The notes beneath the pieces are model-generated. The model worked only from the letters and a program-made list of their open reading frames with translations, was not told the origin of the DNA and did no database searches. A stretch of DNA of 63,283 nt, the filler included, from Basidiobolus ranarum (lineage: Eukaryota): the NCBI GenBank assembly GCA_040143965.1. It is 48 parts of 48 records of this genome, joined end to end, with 100 filler letters (N's around TTAATTAATTAA, not from the genome) between each part and the next. Parts side by side here need not be neighbours in the genome. Positions count along the whole stretch, not along the records: positions 25,166 to 26,387 come from JASJQH010005938.1; positions 26,488 to 27,708 come from JASJQH010005939.1; positions 27,809 to 29,029 come from JASJQH010005940.1; positions 29,130 to 30,350 come from JASJQH010005941.1; positions 30,451 to 31,671 come from JASJQH010005942.1; positions 31,772 to 32,991 come from JASJQH010005943.1; positions 33,092 to 34,311 come from JASJQH010005944.1; positions 34,412 to 35,631 come from JASJQH010005945.1; 40 more parts are not named here. One strand, given 5' to 3'. Position numbers and translations under genes: made by a program. Of this stretch, positions 25,166 to 37,050 are shown in pieces (positions within the stretch are counted from its first letter, which is position 1; each line of letters opens with the position of its first letter).

Positions 25166-26387
25166 CCCCCTGTTTTAACATTTACAGCATGACAGAAACC
25201 ACTACTACCACTTCTATTAACTCAAGTGTTGAACAGCTTGATGGAGAAAATTACAAATTCTGGAAGTTCAAGATACAAATCATGCTGGAAGACAGGGAGC
25301 TTTGGGATGTAGTCTCTGGAGATGAAAAGGAACCTTCTGACCCTTTTTTATTGGAAGCTTACAAGAAAAGAAACACGAAGGCCTTTAATGTCATTTATCA
25401 AAGTTTGAAGGATTCACAACTTATGAATATTCAATTTGCAAAGACTTCCCATCAAGCTTGGACTGGTAGAGGTTTATTGTCTTCATCATATTTGTTATCT
25501 CTACATTTATACACCTAATTACTTCATATATCACATATAGGTAAGTTAACATTACTTATTCAAATAGCACTTAACTGAGAACCGGAACACATATTATATA
25601 TATATGTCAATAGTGTGAGAATTAGCAATTCCATATTGGAAATTTCAAACTTGTCCAAATTGCCCCAAACATAGCTCATTTACTCCTACAGATGTTCTGA
25701 ACACAACCGCAGTGTTAGTTTTCTCTATTTCTGCCAAAATATATAAATGCTTTATTTCTGGACAATAAATTATTATCTCATAAAGCTAGTCACAACTCCA
25801 CTTTTCTAAAGTTTCTCCAAACAGCTCATATTTTCCCAATAGGCTATGAGCTCCCTGTTTTAACCTTTACAGCATGACAGAAACCACTACTACCACTTCT
25901 ATTAACTCAAGTGTTGAACAGCTTGATGGAGAAAATTACAATTTCTGGAAGTTCAAGATGCAAATCATGCTGGCAGACAGGGAGCTTTGGGATGTAGTCT
26001 CCGGAGATGAACAGGAACCTTCTGACCCTTCTTTATTTGAAGCTTACAAGAAAAGAGAGAAGAAGGCCTTTAATGTCATTTGTCAAAGTTTGAAGGATTC
26101 ACAACTTATGAATATTCAATTTGCAAAGACATCCCATCAAGCTTGGACTTGTTGAAGTTTATTGTCTTTATCATATTTGTTATCTCTATCTTTAAACACC
26201 TAACTATTTCATATATCACATATAAGTTGGTTAATATTACTTAGTCAAATATCACTTAACAGAGAATTGGAACACATATTCTATATAAATATGAATAATG
26301 TGAGAATTAGCAATTCCATATTGGAAATTTCAAACTTGTACAAATTACCCCAAAAATAGCTCATTTTACTCCCACAGATGTTCTTAA
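25166..26387 (+). mobile_element. Tandem 685-bp units of Copia family B: truncated gag, LTR (25465-25841), PBS, truncated gag, LTR (from 26150)
   Basis: Two near-identical gag ORFs (25189, 25874; LDGENY.FWKFK) break at the same codon; PBS GGCTATGAGCTC at 25842. Confidence 0.92.
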
Positions 26388-26487
26388 NNNNNNNNNNNNN
26401 NNNNNNNNNNNNNNNNNNNNNNNNNNNNNNNTTAATTAATTAANNNNNNNNNNNNNNNNNNNNNNNNNNNNNNNNNNNNNNNNNNNN

Positions 26488-26900
26488 AAATTATCAACGA
26501 TGAGTTTGCTGGTAGAGCATATTGATGTTGTTAAGTTATGTCTGAACAGTCAAGTATGTTCATATGAGGCGACTATACACAGCAAGATTCTTGTATTTTT
26601 GATTCTCATTATAGCTGGAATATGAAGCCTAAAGTATTTAAGTAAAGGAACTCTGATAGCAATAAACCAGCAATTTGCCATTTGAAAATGGTTTTTTCCT
26701 CTAATTGTGGGAAATTAAACAAAGCAGGCCCAATGTGAGGACCAATATTTCACCATGTATGATTACCATTATGATGCCATTAATAAGCTGCTGTTTACCA
26801 TCAAAATCTCTGGAAGAATGCTTGCCTCTAATGTATTGATGGCCCTCCAATGGTTTGTGCTTCAGAAGGGTAGATCTAAGTTGATTTTATTTTGTTAGGG
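26488..26900 (+). mobile_element. Diverged CACTA subfamily, end A
   Basis: Ends TTTTATTTTGTTAGGG; alignable to but clearly diverged from 54650-55080. Confidence 0.75.
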
Positions 26901-27328
26901 AAAGGCTAAACCAATGTTGGAACTTTGGTCACTGGATAAGTAAGCTCAGACATTGCAGGCATGTAAAGCTTGATTTGCTGTGATAAACACCTTCTACATA
27001 ATCAGCTACTTTTGAGTCAGGTACTGGTAGCTTGTCAAAAAAAGGTTCCATACTCTTGTTAATATTTTTTGTGAAGTCTGTGCCCTTCATTGCTTGACAA
27101 CTTGTGACAGAAGGTGCAAGACTTCTTTGCTCAACACTGTTTGTATCATGAAAGTCTATTGCTTATCAAGAAAAGGCTCAGATTATCTTTTCCTCAAGGG
27201 TGAAAATATATATGATGCTGTGTGCAGATATGCCATCTGTGACTGCATTAGACTTGTACCACCCTGGCATAATTAACCACCCAATATTATGGTGATAAAT
27301 GATGGGAAATTTTATTAATACATTGTGC

Positions 27329-27708
27329 CCCTAACAAAAATAAAATCAATTTGATCTGCATTGGATCCACCCTCCAAAACAGCAAAACTGTCTGACAACT
27401 GTCACAATATTGGTGGCTTGCATTCTGCCAGGGATTTTGATGGTTTCTTGATGGTATTTTGATGGAATTCATACATGTTAAAATATTGAACCTCAAATTT
27501 GGCATGCATTATTCAATATTCAGCAATTTTTGCAAAAAAATAATTTTTGAATGGCAAATAACTGGGTTTACTGCTGCAGGAAATTGAATTAATATGCATG
27601 CCTTTATTTAGATATTTTAGGCTTTGTATTCCAGCCATAATGAGAATCAAAAAATACAAGAATCTCATTGTGTTTAGTCTCTACATATGCACATACTTGA
27701 CTGATTAG
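27329..27708 (-). mobile_element. CACTA end A
   Basis: CCCTAACAAAAATAAAATC terminus plus subterminal region. Confidence 0.85.
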
Positions 27709-27808
27709 NNNNNNNNNNNNNNNNNNNNNNNNNNNNNNNNNNNNNNNNNNNNTTAATTAATTAANNNNNNNNNNNNNNNNNNNNNNNNNNNNNNNNNNNN
27801 NNNNNNNN

Positions 27809-27995
27809 ATACTTAACCTGATGACCAATGTAATCAAGCTCAGAGGATGTAAATATAGTGATAAGGGGCAAAGGTGATAAGCAGAAAGGAAGGTACTAAG
27901 TACAAACCAGATGGACAATAGGACAAAAACCTGGAATAATGGGAATTAAGAAAGGTGTCTTGGAGGCAAGGTATGGCTTCCAAAGGTCTAGCTTG
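27809..27995 (-). mobile_element. LINE ORF2 C-terminal fragment, interrupted by a Copia-A insertion
   Basis: Reverse strand encodes LDLWKPYL..TPFLIPIIPGFCPIVHLVC...SSELDYIGHQVK, homologous to 49796-49980. Confidence 0.75.
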
Positions 27996-28978
27996 TGTTG
28001 AAATTAGCATTGCCTAAACACTTATATACTCATATATAGCTTAGTACTTAGTTATCTTATAATTCACTAAGATATTATCAATTATCCTCAATTGGAATTT
28101 ACTTAAAATATTTTTACCAACTTGGAAGTTCTCAGATATATAGATTTTTCAAACTTGTGCTAGAAGCCCCAAACTTTGCACACATGTTCCTGGGACCTTC
28201 CTTAACATATTCTACATGTTAGTTTGTTTACATCTTGACAAAACTATAAATGTCAACTTTCTACTCAATAAATCAATAAGTGAAAACCACCAATTCCTCT
28301 AATTCTCCAAACCACTTCCAACAGGCTCCCAAATACTTTAACAGGTTATGAGCCCCAAGCTTGCACTCTCTGTAATGTCTACTTCTCAAATTTATGGAAC
28401 TTTTCCTTCTTCTGAAAAATTGGATGGAACCAATTATCAAGTTTGGAAAATTAAAATGAAAATGCTGCTGCAAGAAAAAGGACTTTGGGACACTGTTGTA
28501 GGAGAAGAAAACAATGCAAAACTATCTGAAACCAAAGTTTTACTCCAGGTCAAAAAAGAACAAAGTGCCTTTAACACAATTTGTCTTAATGTCAAAGACA
28601 AATTGCTAATTCAATGTTCAAGAGCTAAAACTGCCAAGAAGGTATGGAAAGCCTTGGAAGACACCTACCAAACAAGTTCTGCTGCCAACAAGATGTTTCT
28701 AAGAAGACAATTCTTTAACTTAAAGATGAAGCCAGGAGAAGACATTAAATCACTAATTAATAGAGTCACTATTTTAGTGGATGAAATGGAATGCATTGGA
28801 GTACCTTTCACTGATCAAGATATTATAGTTACAGTCCTAAATAGCCTGCCACATGAGTTTCAGAGCCTAGTAATGTCTCTAGAATCAAGAACTGAAATTT
28901 GATCTTAAATTATGTATTTGGCAGACTTCTGGATGAAGATTTATGCAAATCAGGACTCAACCACAAGAATGAACAAAA
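27996..28978 (+). mobile_element. Copia family-A 5' LTR (27996-28343, 348 bp), PBS (28344-28355) and gag
   Basis: TGTTGAA...TTTAACA; GGTTATGAGCCC; 184-aa gag with KLDGTNYQVWKIKM and VLNSLP. An LTR-B start (28979) and a LINE tail follow. Confidence 0.95.
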
Positions 28979-29003
28979 TGTTGAAGTTTATTGTCTTTCT
29001 CAT

Positions 29004-29029
29004 TTAGGGTTCGGGTAAGGGGGATGATA
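29004..29029 (-). mobile_element. LINE 3' tail with variant telomere-like repeats
   Basis: Minus strand reads TCATCCCCCTTACCCGAACCCTAA, joined to a broken LTR-B. Confidence 0.55.
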
Positions 29030-29129
29030 NNNNNNNNNNNNNNNNNNNNNNNNNNNNNNNNNNNNNNNNNNNNTTAATTAATTAANNNNNNNNNNNNNNN
29101 NNNNNNNNNNNNNNNNNNNNNNNNNNNNN

Positions 29130-30350
29130 AATAAAGTTTTTCATATCCAATTACAAAATCTTCACACAGTTGCTGTATCTGCCTGAGATCTGCCAATGTG
29201 AGTTGATGCCATAAGAATATATTAACAATATCCACAACCAACTCCCAATGTTGCAAATACTTATCAGGCAAAAATCTTTTCAAAATTCCACTGGAATATA
29301 TACAAATCCCATACTTCCAGACTTTGCATTTGATTAAATGCCTAGATGAGTGGATATTGATGTAAGTCCTGGTAAAGTATGATGGTATCTTGAGGTTTTC
29401 AAGCATTTTCCTAATGATTCACACTTTAATCCTATCACAAATGGCTCATTCATATCAGATTATCCACTCTATAGCTGAGTAAGAATTATTGCAATGTTGT
29501 TGAATAATAAGTGAATAGTACCTAATGGGAAGCTCTGGCTCCAGCTGATCCCCTTTAGCAATATAATCTTAGGCTTACAGCTAATCCCAAGTTTGATGTT
29601 AGACTGACTATTTGGTGAATTGATATCAGTGATTATATTGAAATCTGACCAGATTCTTGATGATGAAATCATGAAGTTTAGTGTTGTATTTGGATAATAG
29701 TGATACATATACCTGTTAGAGTAAACTTCATTGATTTAACAAAATCTACAGCAAGATAGTGCATTTTCCTGCAAAAACCTCCAAGCTTACTGATGGCAGG
29801 AGTGTCACCAATACATACAATGTTACTAGGTTTAATAAAATATTCACCCATCTGAACCCCATTGGTTAACCATTCAAATTCTGCAATCAAAGGCACCAAG
29901 AAGGTATCTGTAAGCACTGGTGATTTAGGTCCAGATATGATAGATGGTATCAGAATGTCATGACTCTTATACTGTTCAGAAGGAGGAAGATTTAAGTTGA
30001 TTAAAATTATTGGCCAGCAAGCCTTTCTAATGACATATTTGTTTAGTGAGAAACCATCCAGAGCCAATGCAAATGCATGATCATACATGTTCTCAAAAAT
30101 ACCTTGACTTTTCAGATTTTGGTAGTGATGTCCATCACATATATTGGTAAAACCATCAGCTTTATGGTGAGTACTTTGATATTGGATCAATGATCTATAT
30201 TTAGGTGATTTCATCAAAATTTTCAGATTGGGAATCAATAGTATGTAAGCCAAATATGAACAATATTTACCTGATTCAGTGATTGCCAATAGTGTGCCAA
30301 CAGTACATAACTTCAGGTTTTTCAGCTCACCGGTGTGAGCCAAACGTCCA
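29130..30350 (-). mobile_element. CMC/CACTA Tnp2-type (Transposase_21-like) DDE transposase core, degenerate
   Basis: ALALDGF, WPIILINLNLPP, IISGPKSP, CIGDTPAISKLGGF, LGTIHLLFNNI, KCKVWK, FVIGYEKLY. Confidence 0.92.
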
Positions 30351-30450
30351 NNNNNNNNNNNNNNNNNNNNNNNNNNNNNNNNNNNNNNNNNNNNTTAATT
30401 AATTAANNNNNNNNNNNNNNNNNNNNNNNNNNNNNNNNNNNNNNNNNNNN

Positions 30451-30900
30451 TTTTGCTTTGGTTTGGTTGAGGGTGTCCCATCACAGGACGATATTGAGCA
30501 GGCTGCTCGTGATGCTAATATCCATGACTTCATCGTTGGGCTACCACAGGGTTACGATACTCCTTTAGGTGGTAAGGGCTCCCAACTGTCAGGTGGACAG
30601 AAGCAACGTATTGCTATTGCCCGTGCATTGATTCGTAAACCAAAGATCTTATTGTTGGATGAGGCTACCTCAGCACTAGACGCTGCTTCTGAGAAAGTGG
30701 TGCAAACTGCTCTCGACAATGCAGCAAAGGGGCGTACTACCATTGCTGTGGCTCATCGTTTGTCAACAATCCAGAAAGCAGATATCATATATGTGTTCAA
30801 AAATGGCGTTGTTAATGAGCAGGGAACACACGATGAATTAATGGCGCTCAAGGGTCAATACTACGCACTTGTAATCCAACAAGATTTAAGTAGTAACTAA
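30451..30900 (+). CDS. ABCB (MDR/P-glycoprotein-like) transporter, C-terminal NBD
   Basis: [43 protein letters not shown]; stop at 30900. Confidence 0.95.
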   Translation, partial: FCFGLVEGVPSQDDIEQAARDANIHDFIVGLPQGYDTPLGGKGSQLSGGQKQRIAIARALIRKPKILLLDEATSALDAASEKVVQTALDNAAKGRTTIAVAHRLSTIQKADIIYVFKNGVVNEQGTHDELMALKGQYYALVIQQDLSSN

Positions 30901-31560
30901 GTCGCATTTAATATCCCATTCCACTATCAATAATTTCGATTCATTCATTAATTAGCATTGCAAATTCTTGCTTTCCCTTTTTCTCACCTTAACTCATGAC
31001 ATCAGTTGTCAAATTCTTCATCAACATTTCCATTAAGCATTTAGTTAGTATATTTTCATCCAATCTTGGTAATTGAAACATAGTTGTATTCGTGTCAAAA
31101 ATGAAATCCGATTTTCAAAACGTGTTTTTGGTACCACTGAACCCCTTTATGATAATAGTGGCCAATTGCTGTGTCTGTGTGCATGTGTTACAGAGATATT
31201 CTCAGTAACCAACTCCATTATTTACTGGCAGAGGACAGAACTTATATGATAACTCCTCAGGGTTAGAAGTAAGGATCAAGGGAGAAGAGGCTGTAATTTG
31301 CGACAGCCTAATGACCATCTACAAGGGAAAATAATGCAATTGTTTGGACATAGCTAAATAATAACCACAATACCTACAAAGGCTTGTTGTATTTCAAAAC
31401 ACTTGTAGCAGTCACACTAATACTAATTCAAATATTACATAAGAAACTGGAGTAGAAGAAATGTTTGCTACCACTACTAACTAACATCTATATTTTCTCC
31501 ACACCAAGTAATACGCTTTTCACCACAGATGCTGCATTTGCACACTAATTGCTACTCCAG

Positions 31561-31671
31561 AGGGTTAGGGGGGATGAAAAGCACCAGATGGTGTAGACTT
31601 TATTTAGCTTAAATACTAATCTAAACAAAGTGACAATCAAGACATCAATCTTTTGAGATATTGTGACAATA
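31561..31671 (-). mobile_element. LINE 3' end with hairpin and CCCTAACCCT tail
   Basis: Reverse complement is near-identical to 49170-49274 (CACCATCTGGTG...CCCCCCTAACCCT). Confidence 0.8.
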
Positions 31672-32551
31672 NNNNNNNNNNNNNNNNNNNNNNNNNNNNN
31701 NNNNNNNNNNNNNNNTTAATTAATTAANNNNNNNNNNNNNNNNNNNNNNNNNNNNNNNNNNNNNNNNNNNNACAAGAACTTCAGAATGCTGTGCTTGAGC
31801 TACAGCATCATGCTGGTCTGTAGCACTCCCCAAGATTATCAAGGAATCATGTACATTTCTATACTACATGGTAGCCATAGTGGGTTGAAATACATATAAA
31901 GGCCTTATCTGTTGACATATGAATAGCGGGTCAGAGATTTGTTTTATGCTAATAGTCCTCTATAAGTCATTACTTTGCAAATGGTTGCATTCAAAGGATC
32001 CTGATATACACTGGATTATGCTTAATGCTGACACAGAAGTTTACTCACTCTTTGGAGTCATTCATGCATTTCCCATCAGCAAACAAGTAGTGGAGCACAC
32101 TACTCTACTGTTTTCATCTTCCCATAGCCAAACTTAAACCAACTACCTAGAGAACCTTGGGACACTGAGGCAAGGATGATGCTCCTGAATTGCCCCAATG
32201 GATCTGTCTAATACACCATATATGGAAGCAACTCAGGATTATGTACCAAGTTTGGTGGAGCATCACTAACTGAACTTGAAACACTCACTGAGTGCAGAAG
32301 CATCATCAAAGAAGATCCTCAATTCAAAACACATTCTAGATTTTACTCAAGCTTAGCTTAAGAAGCTACTTTAGGACCAAAAAAACATGAAGCCATGTTT
32401 AGGGCAAAGCACAAGACTGTGGCTATCAAAGTCATATCCTCCCTTTAACCACTGGCCAAAGGAACCAATGCAGCAAACCTGGAAACAGTGCCACCAGACA
32501 TCTACTCTACTATCTGACTGACTCCACAGAGACTAGCTAACATTCAACTCT

Positions 32552-32991
32552 TGTATGCCTGAGGATTCAGATATTATGACATATGTAAATCATGTCAAGA
32601 GACTTGCCCAACAACTGGAATCAGTGAACTATGAAGTACCTGAAATGTATATAATTCTGACCATAATCAATGGTCTCCCTGAATCATATTCAGCCCTTGT
32701 ACTCACTTTGGAAGCAATTGGGGATAAGCTTACTCAGCATTATCTGATCACTTATCTATGTCCAGTAGAATTTGAAAGGAAAGATAAAAGTCAGCTTGCA
32801 GATGAAACAAAAACTACACAAGCATTTTATTCTCAAAATAGCCAATCAGAAAGGAGCACTGTGAAATGTTACAGATGTGGAAACCTGGCGCATACAGCAT
32901 GTTACTCCAGATCAAAGAAAAAATGGGTTTCAAAGAAAAAGGAAGCATATAACACCACTAAAAGAGGAAATGAACACTATGTACTTATGGC
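32552..32991 (+). mobile_element. Copia gag (family C) with zinc knuckle
   Basis: IINGLPESYSALV, CYRCGNLAHTACY; homologous to 36555-36950. A short CACTA ORF2 piece lies at 31772-31815. Confidence 0.88.
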
Positions 32992-33091
32992 NNNNNNNNN
33001 NNNNNNNNNNNNNNNNNNNNNNNNNNNNNNNNNNNTTAATTAATTAANNNNNNNNNNNNNNNNNNNNNNNNNNNNNNNNNNNNNNNNNNNN

Positions 33092-34114
33092 TAGGATATA
33101 CTTAGACTGGTTTAAAGTTATTGTTTTGGTAGTTCTATCTATCTTAATTTGGATTCCAAGATAGTATGTCAGTTCACCAAGATCAGTCATTTTGAATTTG
33201 GCAGATAAGCTGGATTTGGTATTCTCCAGAGTCTTCAAGTGATTGGTTGCAATAATAAGGTCATCTACATTTAAGGCTAAAATAACTGGGTTTGTCTTAT
33301 CTGGCCTGAAGTAGATATTATAGTCAGCATTACTCTTTTGGAATTTGAGTATTTCCAAAAAAGCATCCATCTTGCTATTCCAAGCTCTTGGAGATTGTTT
33401 TAAGCCATAGAGTGCTTTCTGGAGTCTGCAAACTTTTTTAGGGTTTTCTGGATCCACAAATCCATCTGGCTGATTCATATAGATCTCCTCAGCATTCTCA
33501 CCATTCAAAAAAGCAGCTATAACATCCATTTGATTTATAATAAACTGATATTTAGCTGAAAATGCTAAAATCAATCTAATTGAATTAAACTTTGCTACAG
33601 GAGCAAAGGTTTTGGTATAATCTATTCCTGGTGTTTGGGAATAGCCTTGGGCTACTAGTCCAGAGCTGTACCTTTCTATATTGCCATCAGAGTTGTATTT
33701 AACTGTAAACACCCATTGGCTGCCAATTGATTTTCTATCTTCAGATAAGTTGGTTAAAAATCCAAGTTTGATTATCAATCAAAGCCTGGTACTCATCAAC
33801 CATTGCAGATCTCCAAAATTTTGTATGAGGGACATTCAGGGCCTCTTTTACAGTCTGGGGTTCATGTATTTGACCTGTGCAGGAATAGGCCCAATTTGGG
33901 GACTCATTGATATAGTAATTAGGGCTATTTCTGATCTGATTTGATCTCCAGGTTTGGCACAAAGGTACTACAACCTCTGGCATTGTATTGTGCATTTGAG
34001 TAGGCAAAATTTTGGTTGAAGGGCCACAGAAATGCTATTTTCTACATTGTTTTGGTTTGAATCAACTTGAATGACCGGATCAGGAGAAAAATGATTTTCA
34101 TCATCATCTGAGAT
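33092..34114 (-). mobile_element. Copia reverse transcriptase, degenerate
   Basis: LVAQGYSQTPGIDY, QMDVIAAFLNG, LQKALYGLKQSPRAW, LNVDDL. Confidence 0.95.
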
Positions 34115-34311
34115 CCCGTAACAAAAATAAAATTGATTTGATCTGGATTGGATCCACCCTCCAAAAGAGCAAAACCATCAGAGAACTGTCACAATATCAG
34201 TGGCTTGCATTCTGCCAGGGATTTTGATGGTGTGATGGCGGTTTCTTGACGGTATCTTGGCGGTATTCATACATGTTAAAATATTGATCCTCAAATTTGG
34301 CATGCATTATT
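34115..34311 (-). mobile_element. CACTA end A inserted in Copia
   Basis: CCCGTAACAAAAATAAAAT variant terminus. Confidence 0.8.
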
Positions 34312-34411
34312 NNNNNNNNNNNNNNNNNNNNNNNNNNNNNNNNNNNNNNNNNNNNTTAATTAATTAANNNNNNNNNNNNNNNNNNNNNNNNNNNNNNNNN
34401 NNNNNNNNNNN

Positions 34412-35631
34412 AGACTAGGGATTTCAAAGGTGACAAATTAGCATTCAAGTGGTAATTGTGTAAAATTTGAGTTATGTTTTTTGCACATGTGTTGATTCAT
34501 AGTTCTCTGAGATTGTAGCCAACCATGCACAACTATTTTGCAGGATCTTGAAATTTCACTGCTGAAACTGAAAATATTGATTAAAATCACATCTAACTTG
34601 ACAATGTTAAGAAGGTAAGTAAATGGTCAATCCCAAATGGATTAAAATTGTGATGGTTTTCCTACAATAACAATCCTCAAATTTCTGTTGGGGTAAAGAG
34701 GAATGATATAAGGATGATCAGGTGACCTTTGGTGGAAAGTCTTGATGGAAGTACACTATGTGTGGGATGACCTGATTTGTAATGTTTCATTGAATGTTCC
34801 AAAGAACATGACTTCCATATAAGGTAACCTTGATGAACTAACACAAGATTGCCAGAAGGGATAGCACAGCAGATAGGATGTCCTAATCTAATGATACAAG
34901 AGTTCTCTTTGCAGTGGATGAGTATACCATGATCAGAATCATGACTGTTTCTCACTAAAAAAATATACCATTGGAAAGGCTTGCTGGCCAATAACTTTAA
35001 TTAACCTGATCTTCCTCCTTCTCAAGGGTTTAAGAGGTATAATATTTTGATACTATCCATCATATCTGGCCCTAAATCACTGGTGCTTATATATTGCTTC
35101 TAGGAGACTTTAATTGAAGAACTTGAATGGTAATTTATTGGGGTTCATATGGGTGATACTCTTTTTAAGGCAAATATTACTGTATGTATTGGTCGCACTC
35201 CTGCCATCAAAATATTTGGATGTTTTTGCAAGCATATTGCCCTATCTTTCTGTAGCTTTTGTCCAATCTATGTAGTTTACTCCGCCAGGAATACTCATCA
35301 CAACTATCCAAATACAACACTAAACTCTGTGATTTTACCATCAAGCACCCAGTCAGATTTCAACATGCTCACTGATATCAATTCACCTAATAGTGGGTTT
35401 AACATCAAACTTTGGATCAGCGATAAGCCTAAGATTATATTGCTAAAGGGGTTCAGCAGAAGCCAGAGCTTCCTATTAGGTACTATGAGCTTACTATTTA
35501 ACAATCTTCCAACACTACTTACTAAGCCAAATAGTGGAAAATTCAATCTGAATAAGCCATTTGAGATAGAATCAAAGCTTGAATCAATTGGGAAAATGTT
35601 TGAAAATGTCAAGATACCATCATATTTTACA
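34412..35631. mobile_element. CACTA end B (to 34693), LTR-C fragment, transposase fragment; duplicate of the composite at 9456-10509
   Basis: Same two junctions as the 9285-10509 contig, in reverse complement. Confidence 0.8.
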
Positions 35632-35731
35632 NNNNNNNNNNNNNNNNNNNNNNNNNNNNNNNNNNNNNNNNNNNNTTAATTAATTAANNNNNNNNNNNNN
35701 NNNNNNNNNNNNNNNNNNNNNNNNNNNNNNN

Positions 35732-35948
35732 TGTTTACCTCTTGACAAAACTATAAATGTCAACTTTCTACTCAATAAATCAATAAGTGAAAACCACCAA
35801 TTCCTCTAGTTCTCCAAACCACTTCCAACAGGCTCCCAAATATGGTAACAGGTTATGAACTCCAAGCTTGCTCTCTCTGTAATGTCTACCTCTCAAATTT
35901 ATGGAACTTTTCCTTCTTCTGAAAAAATGGATGGAACTAATTATCAAT
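35732..35948 (+). mobile_element. Copia-A partial LTR (to 35850), degenerate PBS and gag start
   Basis: AACA|GGTTATGAACTCC; SEKMDGTNYQ. Confidence 0.85.
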
Positions 35949-36950
35949 CTATGTGTCTATTGCTTCATATATCTAGAGGTATTGAAACATTTCTCCATTG
36001 CTTGACAGAAGATATGATACTATGAAGTGAGATTTATCATCAATAAAGATGAGTAAATATTGTTGCTTACTTGGTGTCAGAGTTTGCATTAGGCATGTAA
36101 GTCTGTATGAATAAGATCCAATAAATCTTTGGCTTTGCTAGCTCCTTCTTTTGGAAACGGTTTTCTTGTGATTTTTGCTTGAATATAGCGTTCACATTTA
36201 GTAATATCTGAGGGCTTAAGATCCATTCCAGCACATAGGCTACTTTTATATAATAGTTTCAGACTATTATAGTTTAGATGACCCAAACACTGATGCCAAG
36301 TCAACAAGTTTCCAGAAGTAATTGTTACAAAGTTAGAAACATTCTCAGTTATTGGTGCAATATCCAAGTGATATAGATTCCCAATTCTTGTTCCAGTTAT
36401 TACTATCAAGTCCTTTGATTTGTATATGGTTGCTTTTCCTTGGCTGATTTTGGCATCATAATGTTTCTTTTCAATTGCTCCAATTGAAAACAGGTTTGTT
36501 GTAAATGATGAAATATATATGATATCTTCCAAGGTTACTGTTACACTTTTGGTTTTACTTATTTGTAAGTGTGACCTTTCCCATTCCATATGCAACCAGT
36601 TTGTTTCTTCCAGCTACCATGATCTCCAGAGGTTCTATTTCCTTATATTCATGCACTATGTTTCTACTATGACACATATGATCACTTGCACCAGAATCTA
36701 GAATCCATACATCAGCAGAGTCATTTCCTGATTTAGAGATCACCATAAGTACATAGTGTTCATTTCCTCTTTTTGTGGTGTTATATGCTTCCTTTTTCTT
36801 TAAAACCCATTTCTTCTTTGATCTGCAATAATGTGCTATATGTCCCAGTTTTCCACATTTGTAACATTTCACAGTGCTCCTTCCTGGTTGGCTATTTTGA
36901 GAATAAAATGCTTGTGTAGTTTTTGTTTCATCAGCAAGCTGACTCTTGTC
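35949..36950 (-). mobile_element. Copia family-C zinc knuckle, protease, GAG-pre-integrase and integrase start
   Basis: CYKCGKLGHIAHYC, WILDSGASDHM, WHQCLGH, LDLIHTDL. Confidence 0.93.
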
Positions 36951-37050
36951 NNNNNNNNNNNNNNNNNNNNNNNNNNNNNNNNNNNNNNNNNNNNTTAATT
37001 AATTAANNNNNNNNNNNNNNNNNNNNNNNNNNNNNNNNNNNNNNNNNNNN

